A stretch of 64,000 nt of DNA from Lingula anatina (taxonomy: Eukaryota; Animalia; Brachiopoda). This document shows positions 52,054 through 64,000 of the stretch, piece after piece. The notes under the pieces are model-generated. The model was given only the letters and a program-made list of their open reading frames with translations, was not told the DNA's origin and searched no databases. Position 1 is the first letter of the stretch; the number at the start of each line of letters is the position of its first letter. The stretch spans positions 10,664,001-10,728,000 of the forward strand of contig CM120642.1 of assembly GCA_051362555.1 (NCBI GenBank), read 5' to 3'. The translations under genes were made by a program, and so were the position numbers.

Positions 52054-54916
52054 ATGTACGGCGTAGACGATGTTGCCAAGGTGGTGCTTACGGTGTCTAT
52101 AATGGTGGTGTTTACGGAGGTGGCTGTCAGTGTTTTCTGGAATTACATGACTGGATTTGATGGTAGGTGAACGTACGTACGTTGGTTAGAAGAAGCCGTT
52201 GGAGTAATATTACCATCCAAAAGTTAAATAACATACACAATTTTGGAGTAAAATATGAATATTGGGAGCGGATTCAGGATTATTTGAAGGGGGGGGGGGG
52301 GCGCCGATGAGAAGCCGACCCTCCCCCCTTCTTGGCATGGGGCCCGCTGAAGGGATAGTCCTCATATGCTATAATCCACTTGCTTACAAGTATATTTATA
52401 TTTGATAACTACAGAGCATTATGAATATCTTTGTTAAGGGAATGTGAATTGTTGCGACACATATGTGTAGGCTATGTAGGTCTACATTGTTATTGACCCC
52501 TCACCATGTTGTGTAAAACTAAAAATATCTTCAGATCAAGTATAGCAACCTACGAGACTTGTACATTGAAATCTGAAGGCTCCGGTATATACAAGAAGTG
52601 CTTGTGCAAATATACATTGCAGTAGCATTATTGACCCTCCCCATACTGCAGTGTTGAAAAGATTTACGTATCACTAAGTATGTTTAGGACATGGACACCT
52701 GCTTCCCTGTGGGTGAATAAGCATATCTACTCGCACAGTGCATAACATGTATTGCGACGAGATACAATGCTTATTATTCCCATCTAACACAATATTGGAC
52801 AACCGCACGCTCCAGTTATTTAAAAAAACAAGTGGAGTTTAGCGAAGAAAACGAAGTCTGTTTCCACGCGCTTTAGTATTAGCTATACGTTTTAAATTCT
52901 TAAATAATCCAGAAATTGTTTAGGTATTATCTGACGCATATAAAATAAGTTTTCCAGAGTAACTTTCATTAGGGTTTAACTGTGTTAACTCGTTGAGACA
53001 GACGTTCAATATTGACAGCAGTTCAAGTCCCGATTCAACCACTGGAAAATATGGACCATTGTCTCTCATGCGTTTAGTTTACGTTGTGATACTTTCTAAA
53101 ATAACATCGAGATTAACCAAGATTGCGGCATTTCAAAGCCTGTTTAAAATTTAAACATTGTTTAAAATGTGCATTACCGAAATGTACAGAAATAAAATGT
53201 ATCAAAAACTTGTTAATGTGGTTATTTATGGAGTTTATGTTTTAAAGCAAAATTGTCCTTTAATTACAAAGAAAAATACTACAAAAACGAGTCCTATTGC
53301 GAACTTCTCATACCCGAAATAAAGAAGACGTCGCAAGAAGCCAATCAATAAATACCACTTTTAGTACAGGTATGACAAGATATCAAGACGAAAAAAGTAG
53401 AATATAAAGAAACTAGAAAAGCACTCCGCCAAGGCAGCGATTTTTGATTATTATTGATTATCGATTGATTATTGATCCGGATCACCTCCAAAAACTTATC
53501 ATCTCTTCCTTGGCCCACCTCTGACAGTTCCTGAAAATTTCATCAAAATCGGTCCATAACTTTTTGAGTTATATTGATGACAGACAGACAGACAGACAGA
53601 CAGGGGTGAAAACATAACCTCCTTAGCGGAGATAAAAAAGACGCTTCACTTCTGTCACAAAGTTGATCTCAAAAAAACTTTTATTGATATTTATTTTCTA
53701 AACTGATTTCATAAGGTATGCCTTGATATTTTTGAGAAAATAGACGAAGTTTCGGGGAAAATTGATTTTTGTTCACATATAACCGCCTAAATCTGTTAGA
53801 CCCGCTTTAAGCTGAAAGTGATAGTTAACATTTGTCCGCCTTTTCAACACCAATAAACTCATTGTATTGACGTTGTATGTTTCAGAAAAACGCTATAAGA
53901 TTAGCAAGCAGGGGGAAAACTTTGATAGTGATCTCTACATGCAGAACCTGACCCGTCCGACAGATTTACCAACACCACGGAGGCTTTCTGTAATCCCCGT
54001 GGGTGAAGACATATCAGGGGGACACGCCCATCAAGCGGTGCGGAGTAAGACGGTAAAGGTCCATGTATACAACATAAGCCAACCTGTGACTGACGGGAAA
54101 GGAATCCAATGCGTCCAGATGAGGATAGGCATATCAAATGTATTTACTCCAATATGTATATATCCCCCAAAGGAGGACACAATAATCTCTGCGTCGCTTG
54201 CTGATGGCAACCCTTTCCAAAAGGAACTTCTTGAACCATTTATCAAGCTGTTAAGAAAGGACCCTACAATGCATTTAATTGATATTGGAGCAAATCTGGG
54301 GATTTGGACGTTAACGGCGGCGAAATTAGGAAGAAAAGTTCTTGCTGTTGAACCTTACCCTCCAACTGTTGCAAGGCTACATTTAAGTATAGTGAAAGGA
54401 CATTTAGAATCATTTGTTACAATAATCACAGACCCTATTTCAGACCACCACCACAACGCCACATTAAAAATGGCAGAGAAAAATATAGGTGGCGTAAGTT
54501 TGCAGAAACTTCGGCTCAGAACAGCCACACGCGTGTCTACAATAACGATGGATGATTTAGTTCCGTACTTACCGCGTAAAATGAAACGTGCTTTTATCAA
54601 AATGGACATTGAGTCCATGGAGTTACGAGCCCTTTCAAAATGTGATAAATTACTTAGAGCTATTGATATCCCTGTCATTATGTTTGAATTTTTCCAATAT
54701 AAGAACTTGCTTCAGCGTAAAGAACTTCGACAGTTTGGTTTATGGATGAAGTCCATGAATTATATCCCTTACAACTCACTAGGCAAGAACCGTGAACGTC
54801 TTGGTGACGTCACAACTGACCGACGATACAGGCAAGTCTCAGATCTATACCTCATTAAAAAGGAGAGTTTACAGAAAATTCTGAGGTGGACTGAAGGTGA
54901 AGATATAAGAGTTTGA
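52054..54916 (+). CDS. FkbM-family (Methyltransf_21-like) SAM-dependent methyltransferase with N-terminal signal anchor (~379 aa, 2 coding exons)
   Basis: Exon 52054-52162 (MYGVDDVAKVVLTVSIMVVFTEVAVSVFWNYMTGFD, hydrophobic; phase 1) joins 53886-54916 in frame. Motifs LIDIGANLGIWTL, VLAVEP, TITMDDL and FIKMDIESME. Exon 1 is less certain than exon 2. Confidence 0.85.
53411..53636 (+). mobile_element. Short HINE/pearl-like non-autonomous element in the FkbM gene intron
   Basis: AACTAGAAAAGCAC start, subterminal IR CTCCGCCAAGG / CCTTAGCGGAG, (GACA)n microsatellite and 3' hairpin. Confidence 0.75.
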
Positions 54917-56266
54917 CTGATATTATTTTTAGTTAAAGAAATGTCAGTTGATTGCTTTATTTGAGAATTTTGATCGTTTTACATCATTATTGATGAATTT
55001 TACGAAACGGACTGTAAAGGATCATTAAGAAAAATATATGAAAGCATCGATAGGTACATTATTTATAAATAATAACATTGCAATATATCTAGAAAGAAAA
55101 CTGCCCTTATAAATGCTACAAAATGTTTGTGATTTATCAAAGCTACAAGAGCTCCAGGGCACTTGATATTTCATAATAATAAATGATGCCATTTGGACAT
55201 TGTAATGTATGTTCCTCCGTGAAATGCTACGCTTGGTTTGATGATATTGGGTAATATAATCTCCAATTATCTAAAAGTATCATGTTAAATTGAGTTTTGT
55301 TTTCTGTTGCACCGTGTAGCTGTTTGTTATACATCCATGGAAACGTGATGTGTGAGATTAGAAATACGAGATGAACAGAAGAGCAGCAGTTTATAGGCTA
55401 ACTCTGTGTAAGCATCATCTTGGATGTCCATTTGTATGACTGTCAAAGCTTTCCCCCCATTAAGGGCACTTTCAGAGATTAATAATCTTTTTAATATACA
55501 TTACACCGCTGTTCGACAAGTGATAAAGAACACTGCCCTAGTGATGTTTATACCATAATGCTGAATGTTAATATATGCCATCTATTGATATGTCTATTAT
55601 CACCCACTTTGATCTGATAGAATAGAAAACAATAAGAATGAACAATGGAGATAAATGTCATTCAGTCAAATTTCATAATTACCATTGACTGATGTTGAAT
55701 TTCAAATTCATTTGTCAAAATCAACAAACTCGTTAACTGTTTCAGCTATATGATCTTTGCTGACAAAGCATTAACAAAACAAACATACTACAATTGTACG
55801 CATTTAAAGTTCCTTATTATAAAAAAGTTCCTTTGTTATATTGTGAAACATGCTTTTCACCCATTTCAGTAGTAAGACCTCAGTAGTGTCAAAATGACTG
55901 ATAAATTGTCAGTTTAATCATTTATTCAGCGTTGTTAAGCGTTTTCCTTTACTTTAATTTTGATCGATTTCCCTACGCCTTATGTGTTATAACGTGCTTT
56001 TCAATAACAAACACTATTATTTATTCATGAAGCTATGAGAACATTAAAAACGCTCACTGGAAGCTAGGGTGAACCTGATTACTGATGTGCAACATCTGAA
56101 GTGTCTGTGAGGTGAATTCAGAATTCAGATACACGTGCATTTGTTGACACAATTTTGTTACTGTTAGCTCAGAGACCAAGAGTGAAGCTTTCTTGGGGCT
56201 TTTTTATCCACAAGTAGTATTCCTTTAACATAACTCGCTGTACCTGTAAGATTTTTCAATCATTTT

Positions 56267-56307
<41 letters not shown>

Positions 56308-56311
<4 letters not shown>

Positions 56312-56893
56312 AAAGGCCCAGATCAAATCTAGTCCCTTGCATAAAAAGCTCAGACCCCATGTTTATTACACCCTGGCTGGGCCCATTCTTTATGGTGTCT
56401 TTGCATTGTTAATAGCATAATGGGCAAGTTAAGTGACCAAGTTAATTGACCAAGTTAATTGGCCAAGCTGCCAGTTTGTTTGTATGGCATGTGCAGGGGA
56501 TGTCTTAGATCAAGGCACAAATGAAGCCCATCTTTAATTTAACATATCTTTAGTAAATGTTACTAAATCAATCTACATGTCTTTTCTTTAAACATTAAAC
56601 ATCTTTAAAAGTATCATCCTCTGATGTATTTTACAAATCATAGGTAATGAAATACAAGTATATCTCATTTGCCACACCTGTAAGTATCATAATATGTACC
56701 TTGATCTAAGACATCTCCTGCACATACCATACAAACAAACCGGCAGCTTGGCCAATTAACTTGGTCATTTAACTTGCCTATTATGCTGTTAACAATGCAA
56801 AGACACCATAAAGAATGGGCCCAGCCAGGGCGTAATAAACATGGGGTCTGGGCTTTTTATACATAGGACTAGATTTGATGCGGGCCTTTGACA
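56308..56893. mobile_element. Foldback MITE (shorter copy of the 30420-31646 family) inserted in a (TA)n run
   Basis: Same TGTCAAAGGCCC / GGGCCTTTGACA termini and arm sequence, flanked by TA. Preceded by (AT)n at 56271-56307. Confidence 0.88.
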
Positions 56894-59800
56894 TATATAA
56901 GGTTCGCCGGATACAAGGGTTGTACTTACTGATTGAAAGTGGTTGATTTAAGATGAAGCAGCTATTGACTGGACAGTTTTAGTTTTCTTATCGTCAATTT
57001 CACGGCGAGGCACTTGGCCAATTTGTTTGGCTAAGCTTACGTGTGTCTCTTGCTCTCTTTGACATTGCTTTCTTTTTTTTAAAATTACTGCCAGAGACAG
57101 AAATATCGTCAATAAAGCAGTGTTGTTCAGCATAAGACATTGGTTGGGGGGTTTTCTCTGACTCTCCAGTAGATATCTCGTTTTCGACAACCTTAGAGAG
57201 ATCAAATGAGCATTCGGTAGAATGGCCATGAAAAGAATAAAGATTGATCAGGCGTCTGTAGTTGCCATTAACTGGTTGCATGGAAGATGCGCATCCTTTT
57301 CCGCAATATCGCCTTTACTCACTTTAACCCGTTTGGTTCTTTTTTTTTTCGGATCAGTGATCGTGATTGGTCATTTTTAGAGGAGCTTCCGTGAATTCTA
57401 TTTAACAATTTCGCGGAGGCCTTTCTACAAATTGATTTATGTGCAGTGTGGGCGTGAAATGCTGAGGTCACGGAAGAAGAATAACGATGCTAATGCATGG
57501 ATCATTTCCTTAACAATTGTCTAATGCACGATAGAGGTGTTAATCACTGAAGTTGATTAGTAATCTAATCGACATGTCATTAAAGTAAGCAGCTAACTGT
57601 CTATCAGATGGTATTAGCTGATCAAAATTGGACACCTGGTTATTCACCAAACGGATCAAAGTCTGGTAAACGTATACTGATTACGACGTCCAGTCTGCAC
57701 AAGTGAATGCCCTTAAAAATAAAATAAGATTTTAAAAAAATGACATTTTTCTAAATTACGAAAAATGAAGAGAACTACAAACTGATAATAACATGGAAAA
57801 GATGGATGATGGTCTCAGATCCAAAGAGAAAAAACTTCACGTTTAGCAGCGTATTTTTCGTATATTTTAATATTTTAAAACAGGATGTTGTTTTCGGAAG
57901 GGAAGGCCTGGTAGGTTAAATTCTACACAATCGTAGAGACCATTTTCAAGCTATCACTTACGGGACCAAATGTCGCAAGAAACGTGTTAAAAAACTCTGA
58001 ACTGGAATGTCTTTTATCATTTACTTAGATGTTGCGTAAAATATTCTACCCACGAATCAGATTTAAAATGCAATAACGATACTTCTTTTAAGAGAAGAGT
58101 AATTTTGAATATATACAGAACCCGTATACATGTGCTTGCTTGTTCAGTCTTGAAAATTGGTCGGTTTCTAGTAATCAAAATGTGACTTTTAAAATATGTA
58201 ATGTTTAAAACATTTTAGCTTCATTTGTTATAAAATTTTCAAAGTTTGAGATGAAGCGCGGAGACTTCATGACAGTAGAATCTTATAATGCGCTGTAAGG
58301 AACTTATGGATTCCGCAAATGGATTTGGAAGATGGATTTTTGATCAATTTTAATCAATTAGAAAGACGAAGTTAACGTTTGACAATATGTAAAGAATATC
58401 GAAAACGCGATAAAAATCTGTTTCATGAAATATTTCCCAGCGTAAGCACACTGACGCTTTCTGTAACAGAGAATTTGCCCTCCATTATATTCAAACAGGT
58501 TAGTGTTATCTTGGCGTAGTGCTGTCAAAATCTAGGAGGGGGCTTACCTATACAAATAAATGGGAACCAGATTCTGTATCACGGGGGACTTTCTCGTACA
58601 TGACACTCCAATACACCCCCTTTGCCTAAAAATTTGCTACTGTGCCTGCGCGTAATTATTTCAATCAAAATGTGTTATTTGTTATGGGCAGTACTGGCAG
58701 TTTAATCCCTTCTCCGAGTGGAACCAGTTCTGTTACTGCGTCTCTTGAGACATACAATGCAATATCCGCTAATCACGAGGGTCAGCCAGATCCACCTCGC
58801 CTGCACTACGTATGCTCTTGGGGCTCGGCGTAGGCGTTCGGGCAAATAAAAGAGACTTGGCAATGTATTCCCTTATTCCTTCTACACACACATCATACGC
58901 GTGTGTTGGGATGTTTTCCTCTGACACAGCATTTGCATTTGTTATTTATTTGTTGGATGTTTTTCAAAAGTGCTCTTGTTCTTGACCTCTGAAAATAAGT
59001 AACTACCCTGTTTCTTATCTTTTAAGTGAAAATCTAAGCTTAAAACTACTTTTTTTCTGGACATATCATCAAAACCATTCTTGTTTTGCTATATGATGGA
59101 TGGCCGACAAACCACAAGGCCGTACGAATATTATGGCATAGTCATATGAATTTGACAAATTACCTAGTGTATCAAATAATTCCAAGTTCAATTAACAAAA
59201 TTGGTAATTCATGATCTCTTTTTCACAATCTGCTTATTACTGTCGCATACGGCAGCTATTCGGTAGTGCCATATGTTTAATGTAATACGTGATCTGAGAA
59301 ACCATACACCAATTTGCCTTGAAAAGATTTATCATATTATATTTTAGAACGTCTGCTTTTAAGGTTGAACGATGAGAATTTTCGCGGTGAGTTATCTTTC
59401 AAAATAAAACCGACAACATAAAAGCAGATACAACAACAACGATTTACAATGCCCCCCTCAACTTTGTTATCAATTATTCAATGTTAAACAATATACAGTA
59501 TGTTCATAAACAAGCTGACATGTTAGATTCTTAACAGCTAATATATCACTGTAGGATAAGCGATTTGAATACATAGAAACAAGGAGAATAACTGGGGAAG
59601 TTTATCTTGAGCGCTTTACAAACTGTAGCACGCTCTCCTCTCTCGTTTTCATCCTCATCCATGCCTTTGTTTGGTTGCACTTCTTAATCTGTCACTCATT
59701 TACACCACAGCTTTTCCCGAACTGATCGCAATGATCATATATAGGTGTAGCAAAAGCGTATTGGGCAGAAAATCCATAAAAGTGCATTTTAATTCTGTTT

Positions 59801-61411
59801 GAAGAGTCACATTCACTACCACACCAATAAACCTTTTTGCTGCTCTCATTTATCGACATTTCTCCCAATTACTCTAGGGAACATTTTGATTAAGTAGTTG
59901 AATAATTTATACATTCAAGAAGGATTATCTATCCATATCATCGGCATTATATTATCAGAATGGATTATCATAGAAAAAGCTGTTGTCGTTTGGAATGTGC
60001 GTTGATGCACACCAAGAGAGCGGGTGCATTGAAATTACATGTGCAATTTTGATCCGATGCCACTGCGAATTAACTTTTCCAATTAAGCCATCTCTAAAAT
60101 TCCAAAATCGCATGTGTGGTTAATGAAATAAGGTAGACAAAAGCATAATTTGAAAATAGTTCACTTGCGTTTCCATGAAATATTTCATCTTTGGGACATA
60201 AATTTGCACACCGCGTCATTAGATTTTTATGCAGAATTTTTCTTATATATGTTGATGAAATAGTTGATGGGTCTTTCAAGAGCATTGGTTTACCCCAAGC
60301 TACTCTTTAAAATATTAATATTTATCATATCTTTTATCTGTTTATTGACGATGGGATTATCACGGTTGTACTATTACAATGAGGACTTTTGCATGTACAA
60401 CACTGAAAAACAATATTAAATTATATAATGTTAATGGTGAGAGTTTGTATCATTTAAAATTCGGTACTTGTCAGATAAAAGAAACTTCTGATAATCTGAT
60501 TAACAAATCAAACTGCCGTCCCAAAAAAAGTCCCTTCCGTAGAAAAAAAATAAAAAATAAAACAAAGCTGATTCCTTTTGCATTCATATCAGTTTACTAT
60601 GTGTGTTTGTGTGTGTGTGTGCGTGTGTGCGCGTTGGGCGGGGGAGAGTAGGCAAACAACAGGCCGGACATCTTTTCCAAATATATAATTTGTAACACGA
60701 ACACAGAGAGGAAATAAAGAGAAACATTTGCTTTATTCCACCAAAAGATGCGTTGAATGAGGTAGTTTTTATACTATCCTTTAAAATTTCAGTTTTTATT
60801 TCACCTTGATATAGTTCGTTACCTGTATAAAGCATACTGAACGAACTGCTTTTTAGGTGTAGTTTGGTTTTTGAATGTTAACCTTTAAATGTGAGTTGTA
60901 ACTGCGCTTTGAAATCTCGCGTTGGTGTAAAAATGTGCAAATGGTTCATTCGACGTTTCAGCCAGATTACCGTCTTCGTTTTGCATGCCTGACAAAGGCA
61001 GATTTCGTATAGCCAGTATGGTATCAGTATGGTTATAACAGTATCGGTAGGCCAGGGCATAAAATATGTGCATCACGTCCTTGGTTCTTGGTGCTATATG
61101 ACTAATATATCGCTTGCATCTATCTTCATTCAGGAAGTATGTTAAGTCAAGTCTCTTGGGTTGGGTGCTGTGCGGTACGTGGGTAAACAAATTTGAATGC
61201 AAGGCTTACACATCGCTAACGCATGCACTTATCAGCCACACGTAAACACTTAACAAGACACACATTGAACAAAGACCTGCGTATCACTAGTATGTTTCAA
61301 ATTTTAAGTACTTTTTTTCGATCAGCTCCGCGTCTTCTTGAAAGGCGGAGAGGGACTCCTTTTGTATTCATTCGCAATCAACACGTCTGCGCGGCGTGTG
61401 AAACGGGTGCT

Positions 61412-61448
61412 TATAAAGCTGCTTGCCGCTACGCCATCTAGATCAGTT
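61412..61448 (+). promoter_or_regulatory. Putative TATA + Inr core promoter
   Basis: TATAAA at 61412 and TCAGTT at 61443, about 31-33 bp apart and ~330 bp upstream of a signal-peptide exon. Confidence 0.5.
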
Positions 61449-61777
61449 GGCACCATTACTGTCAAGCCGAAGCCACGCCGTGGTAGGTCGATCATTCATA
61501 CCTAATGCTCATCTGCCGTTTTGAATACGCGAGTGTCAGAACAACATTACAAAATTGTTAACAGGTTGTATCCAACATTATTTTGTCTTTAAAAGTGACT
61601 TTTTCTTGTTGCAGAGTTTCAACATATTGGAAAGCCAACGCTGTCGGAAGATTTGAAGAAAAATAAGCAAGAAAGAAAGAAAGAAAGGAGAAGTTTTTAA
61701 AAACTTATTCTACTGAGAAAACCAAGTACCTGTTTCTGCAGTGGTTGTTATAAACAGAAAAGTACGAAGAATACACA

Positions 61778-61889
61778 ATGGCAGCTTTCCAAATTCAAAG
61801 TTTGCACACTTGGATCCTCGCCTTGACACTTCTAGTTTGTTTGATGATGTGCACGACAAGAATTCTGGCTTCAAATCTCGATGGAGCAG
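61778..61889 (+). CDS. First coding exon (signal peptide) of a secreted or membrane protein; partial
   Basis: ACACAATGG start context. Encodes MAAFQIQSLHTWILALTLLVCLMMCTTRILASNLDGA, then a strong phase-1 donor G|GTATGT. No downstream exon identified in the window. Confidence 0.55.
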
Positions 61890-64000
61890 GTATGTTATTA
61901 CATGATTAATCTTAACTGAAAGGGGATAATGCATTTGAATGATAGCAATCATAACAGAAGCCATGTTCAGTGCATTCTTAAAGGGAATCGCGTTCGTGTT
62001 TAGACTGATATTTGTCAACACATATTCCATATTTTGGCAATGTTATATTGTTCGTATATATAAATGCAAATAATTGCTATAAATATTTTAAAGTGAAATC
62101 CTTAACGTTAAGTAGTCAAATACCGTATAGTAGAACCATGGGTCTATTAAACTTCCTCATAAGACTTAAGCGCCGCGTTTTGGTGTTGTTTAGACTGTAT
62201 AAAAAATCCAGCCAGGGAGTCAGATAAAAGAATTAATTCCCAAGTCATAACAATATATTGTTATTGCCTAAGCATTAATTGAGCTTTTGCGTGTGGGATG
62301 TTTTGATATATACGTAGTCACCGAAATAGTCGTACTCATCGAAAAAAGCAAAAGGAAAATTGAAGAAACAAAGATACATTTTTTGTCAAATAATAGCAAA
62401 TGAACGATACACAGAGTTATGGTACAAAGAACAACAGTAGACTTATATCCTTATCGGGTAGGGAAAAGTGATTACACTGGGGAAAGAGATGTTGGCAAAA
62501 AGTGTTGCCTTAATATTAGGATATTTAAATATTAAACAAAACTGGAGCAAAGCTCGGTTGCATCTGTTGGAACCAAGCCATTAGCTCTGGAGCAACACCA
62601 CTTATCCGACAGTTCATAATTCACTCCGACCAGCACACATTATAACCCATCACGGCTTATTTAGGAGGCACTAATTACGGGTCGTGTGGCAGATAACATT
62701 TAGAATGCTTCAGTAAATATACCGTAGTAAATCACACAAATCGAAAAAACATTTTTTTAATGATAAATGAGCATGAGATTTCAAAACTTTATTAGAAGCA
62801 CGTCGGATTCATGTCAGAAAGTATCTTTTTAAAGGAACTAGAAATCAGGCAGAATGAACCTGGAAAATATAAGACAGAAGCAACGTGAGAGTTCGAAGAT
62901 TGTCGGAAATTACCGTATGCGTTATTAAAAGAACAATTTGCATGTCAATGCCGGGGCAATATGTGCTGAACTGTAAGAATGTTTCATGCCTGCGTCAATT
63001 AAGGACATTGGTAAAGCCGGCGGCCTAAGCTACTGTTTAAAAATTCATAAAGAAAATTGAATGTTTTCGAAGCTTTTGCACGATAGATTCCCCCAAGCAA
63101 TAATCAACCACTAATTAGGTTTCGATCCGAATATTTCAATTTCTTGTCAGGAGATATCGCGTAGCCACTGACTAGTCGATTAGCCCTTCAGTGGGCCCTA
63201 GTCATTTACGGGATAGGCTATGTCGGTCTCACCCGTGCAAAATAACACGGTGTCATGCCATCAAGAATATTTACGATTGTCATAAAAAAGTATAGTAAAA
63301 GAAGTCTGTATCTTTTCATTCATAAATCTCTGTTATAGTTATAACAAATGTATTATTTCTTGCAGTTTCAGTACAAAGCACAGACCGAAAGTGAAACTGA
63401 TACTTCATTTTTCTCTATGCTTAATTAAAATATTTGCAATGAAATAAAAAAAAGTTTATAACAGCAGTGACGTCAACCCATTCATTAAGATTACGACACA
63501 GAACGCTAACATCAGTCGAATGCTGTGCTTGTGATAAGTTAACGAATCTAAAATGCGAAGTTTATCTTACATAATGGACAATGGGTATTAGAGAGCATGA
63601 TGTGCGAAGGCAAACTAAAAAGTTGAAGCAAGCAAAACTACATTGGCATGGCTAACGCAGTTCAAACATCCCAACGTGTACGTGCTCTGATTTGTGAAAC
63701 AGTTTAGGTTAAACTACCTTCCGATACCATTTTAGTCATATTTGCAGGAAATGTTTTAGATGCACATCTGGCGGTCGATCTGAAAGGTTTTAAGTATCTG
63801 TAATGCTTCCCTTGGCGGCTATTATTGTGATCTCCAGTTCAGTAGGACCGGGAATGCAGTTTAAGGCAGGGGAAATGCCTCATTCATCAGAAATGACCCT
63901 TAATAGCTCCGTGAAGTGAATAAAGCCATATAATGATATTTTTGTCAATACTGACATTGAGAAAATGTATAAAACTTGTATTTAAGTCACTTTTCGTTCT

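Noticed and set aside
56948-57281. Two overlapping 93-aa minus-strand ORFs
   Set aside because: No recognisable motifs or convincing splice chain; possibly a decayed repeat
55460-57716. TTAA-flanked (Kolobok/piggyBac-like) element with GGGCA..TGCCC ends
   Set aside because: The terminal match is only ~5 bp and there is no supporting coding sequence or second copy

Overview
AT-rich, intron-containing animal genomic DNA. The repeat types and gene content suggest a lophotrochozoan, probably a mollusc; this is inference. Spliced by eye, the window holds: TRMT112 (+); a 413-aa protein with WW, two CUE/UBA-like segments and GP repeats (-); a 20-kb array of six two-exon thiopurine S-methyltransferase (TPMT)-like genes in two subfamilies, one with a nonsense codon and one ending in SKL; an STKLD1-like kinase-ARM gene with intact catalytic motifs and two mutually exclusive 80-nt exons (+); a membrane-anchored FkbM-family methyltransferase (+); and the signal-peptide exon of a gene that probably runs off the right edge. 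Repeats include a degenerate Tc1 (DD34E) transposon, a Helentron/HINE-like element carrying a ~145-bp satellite, foldback elements and several MITEs. All exon boundaries come from GT-AG sites and frame continuity. No database searches were run.
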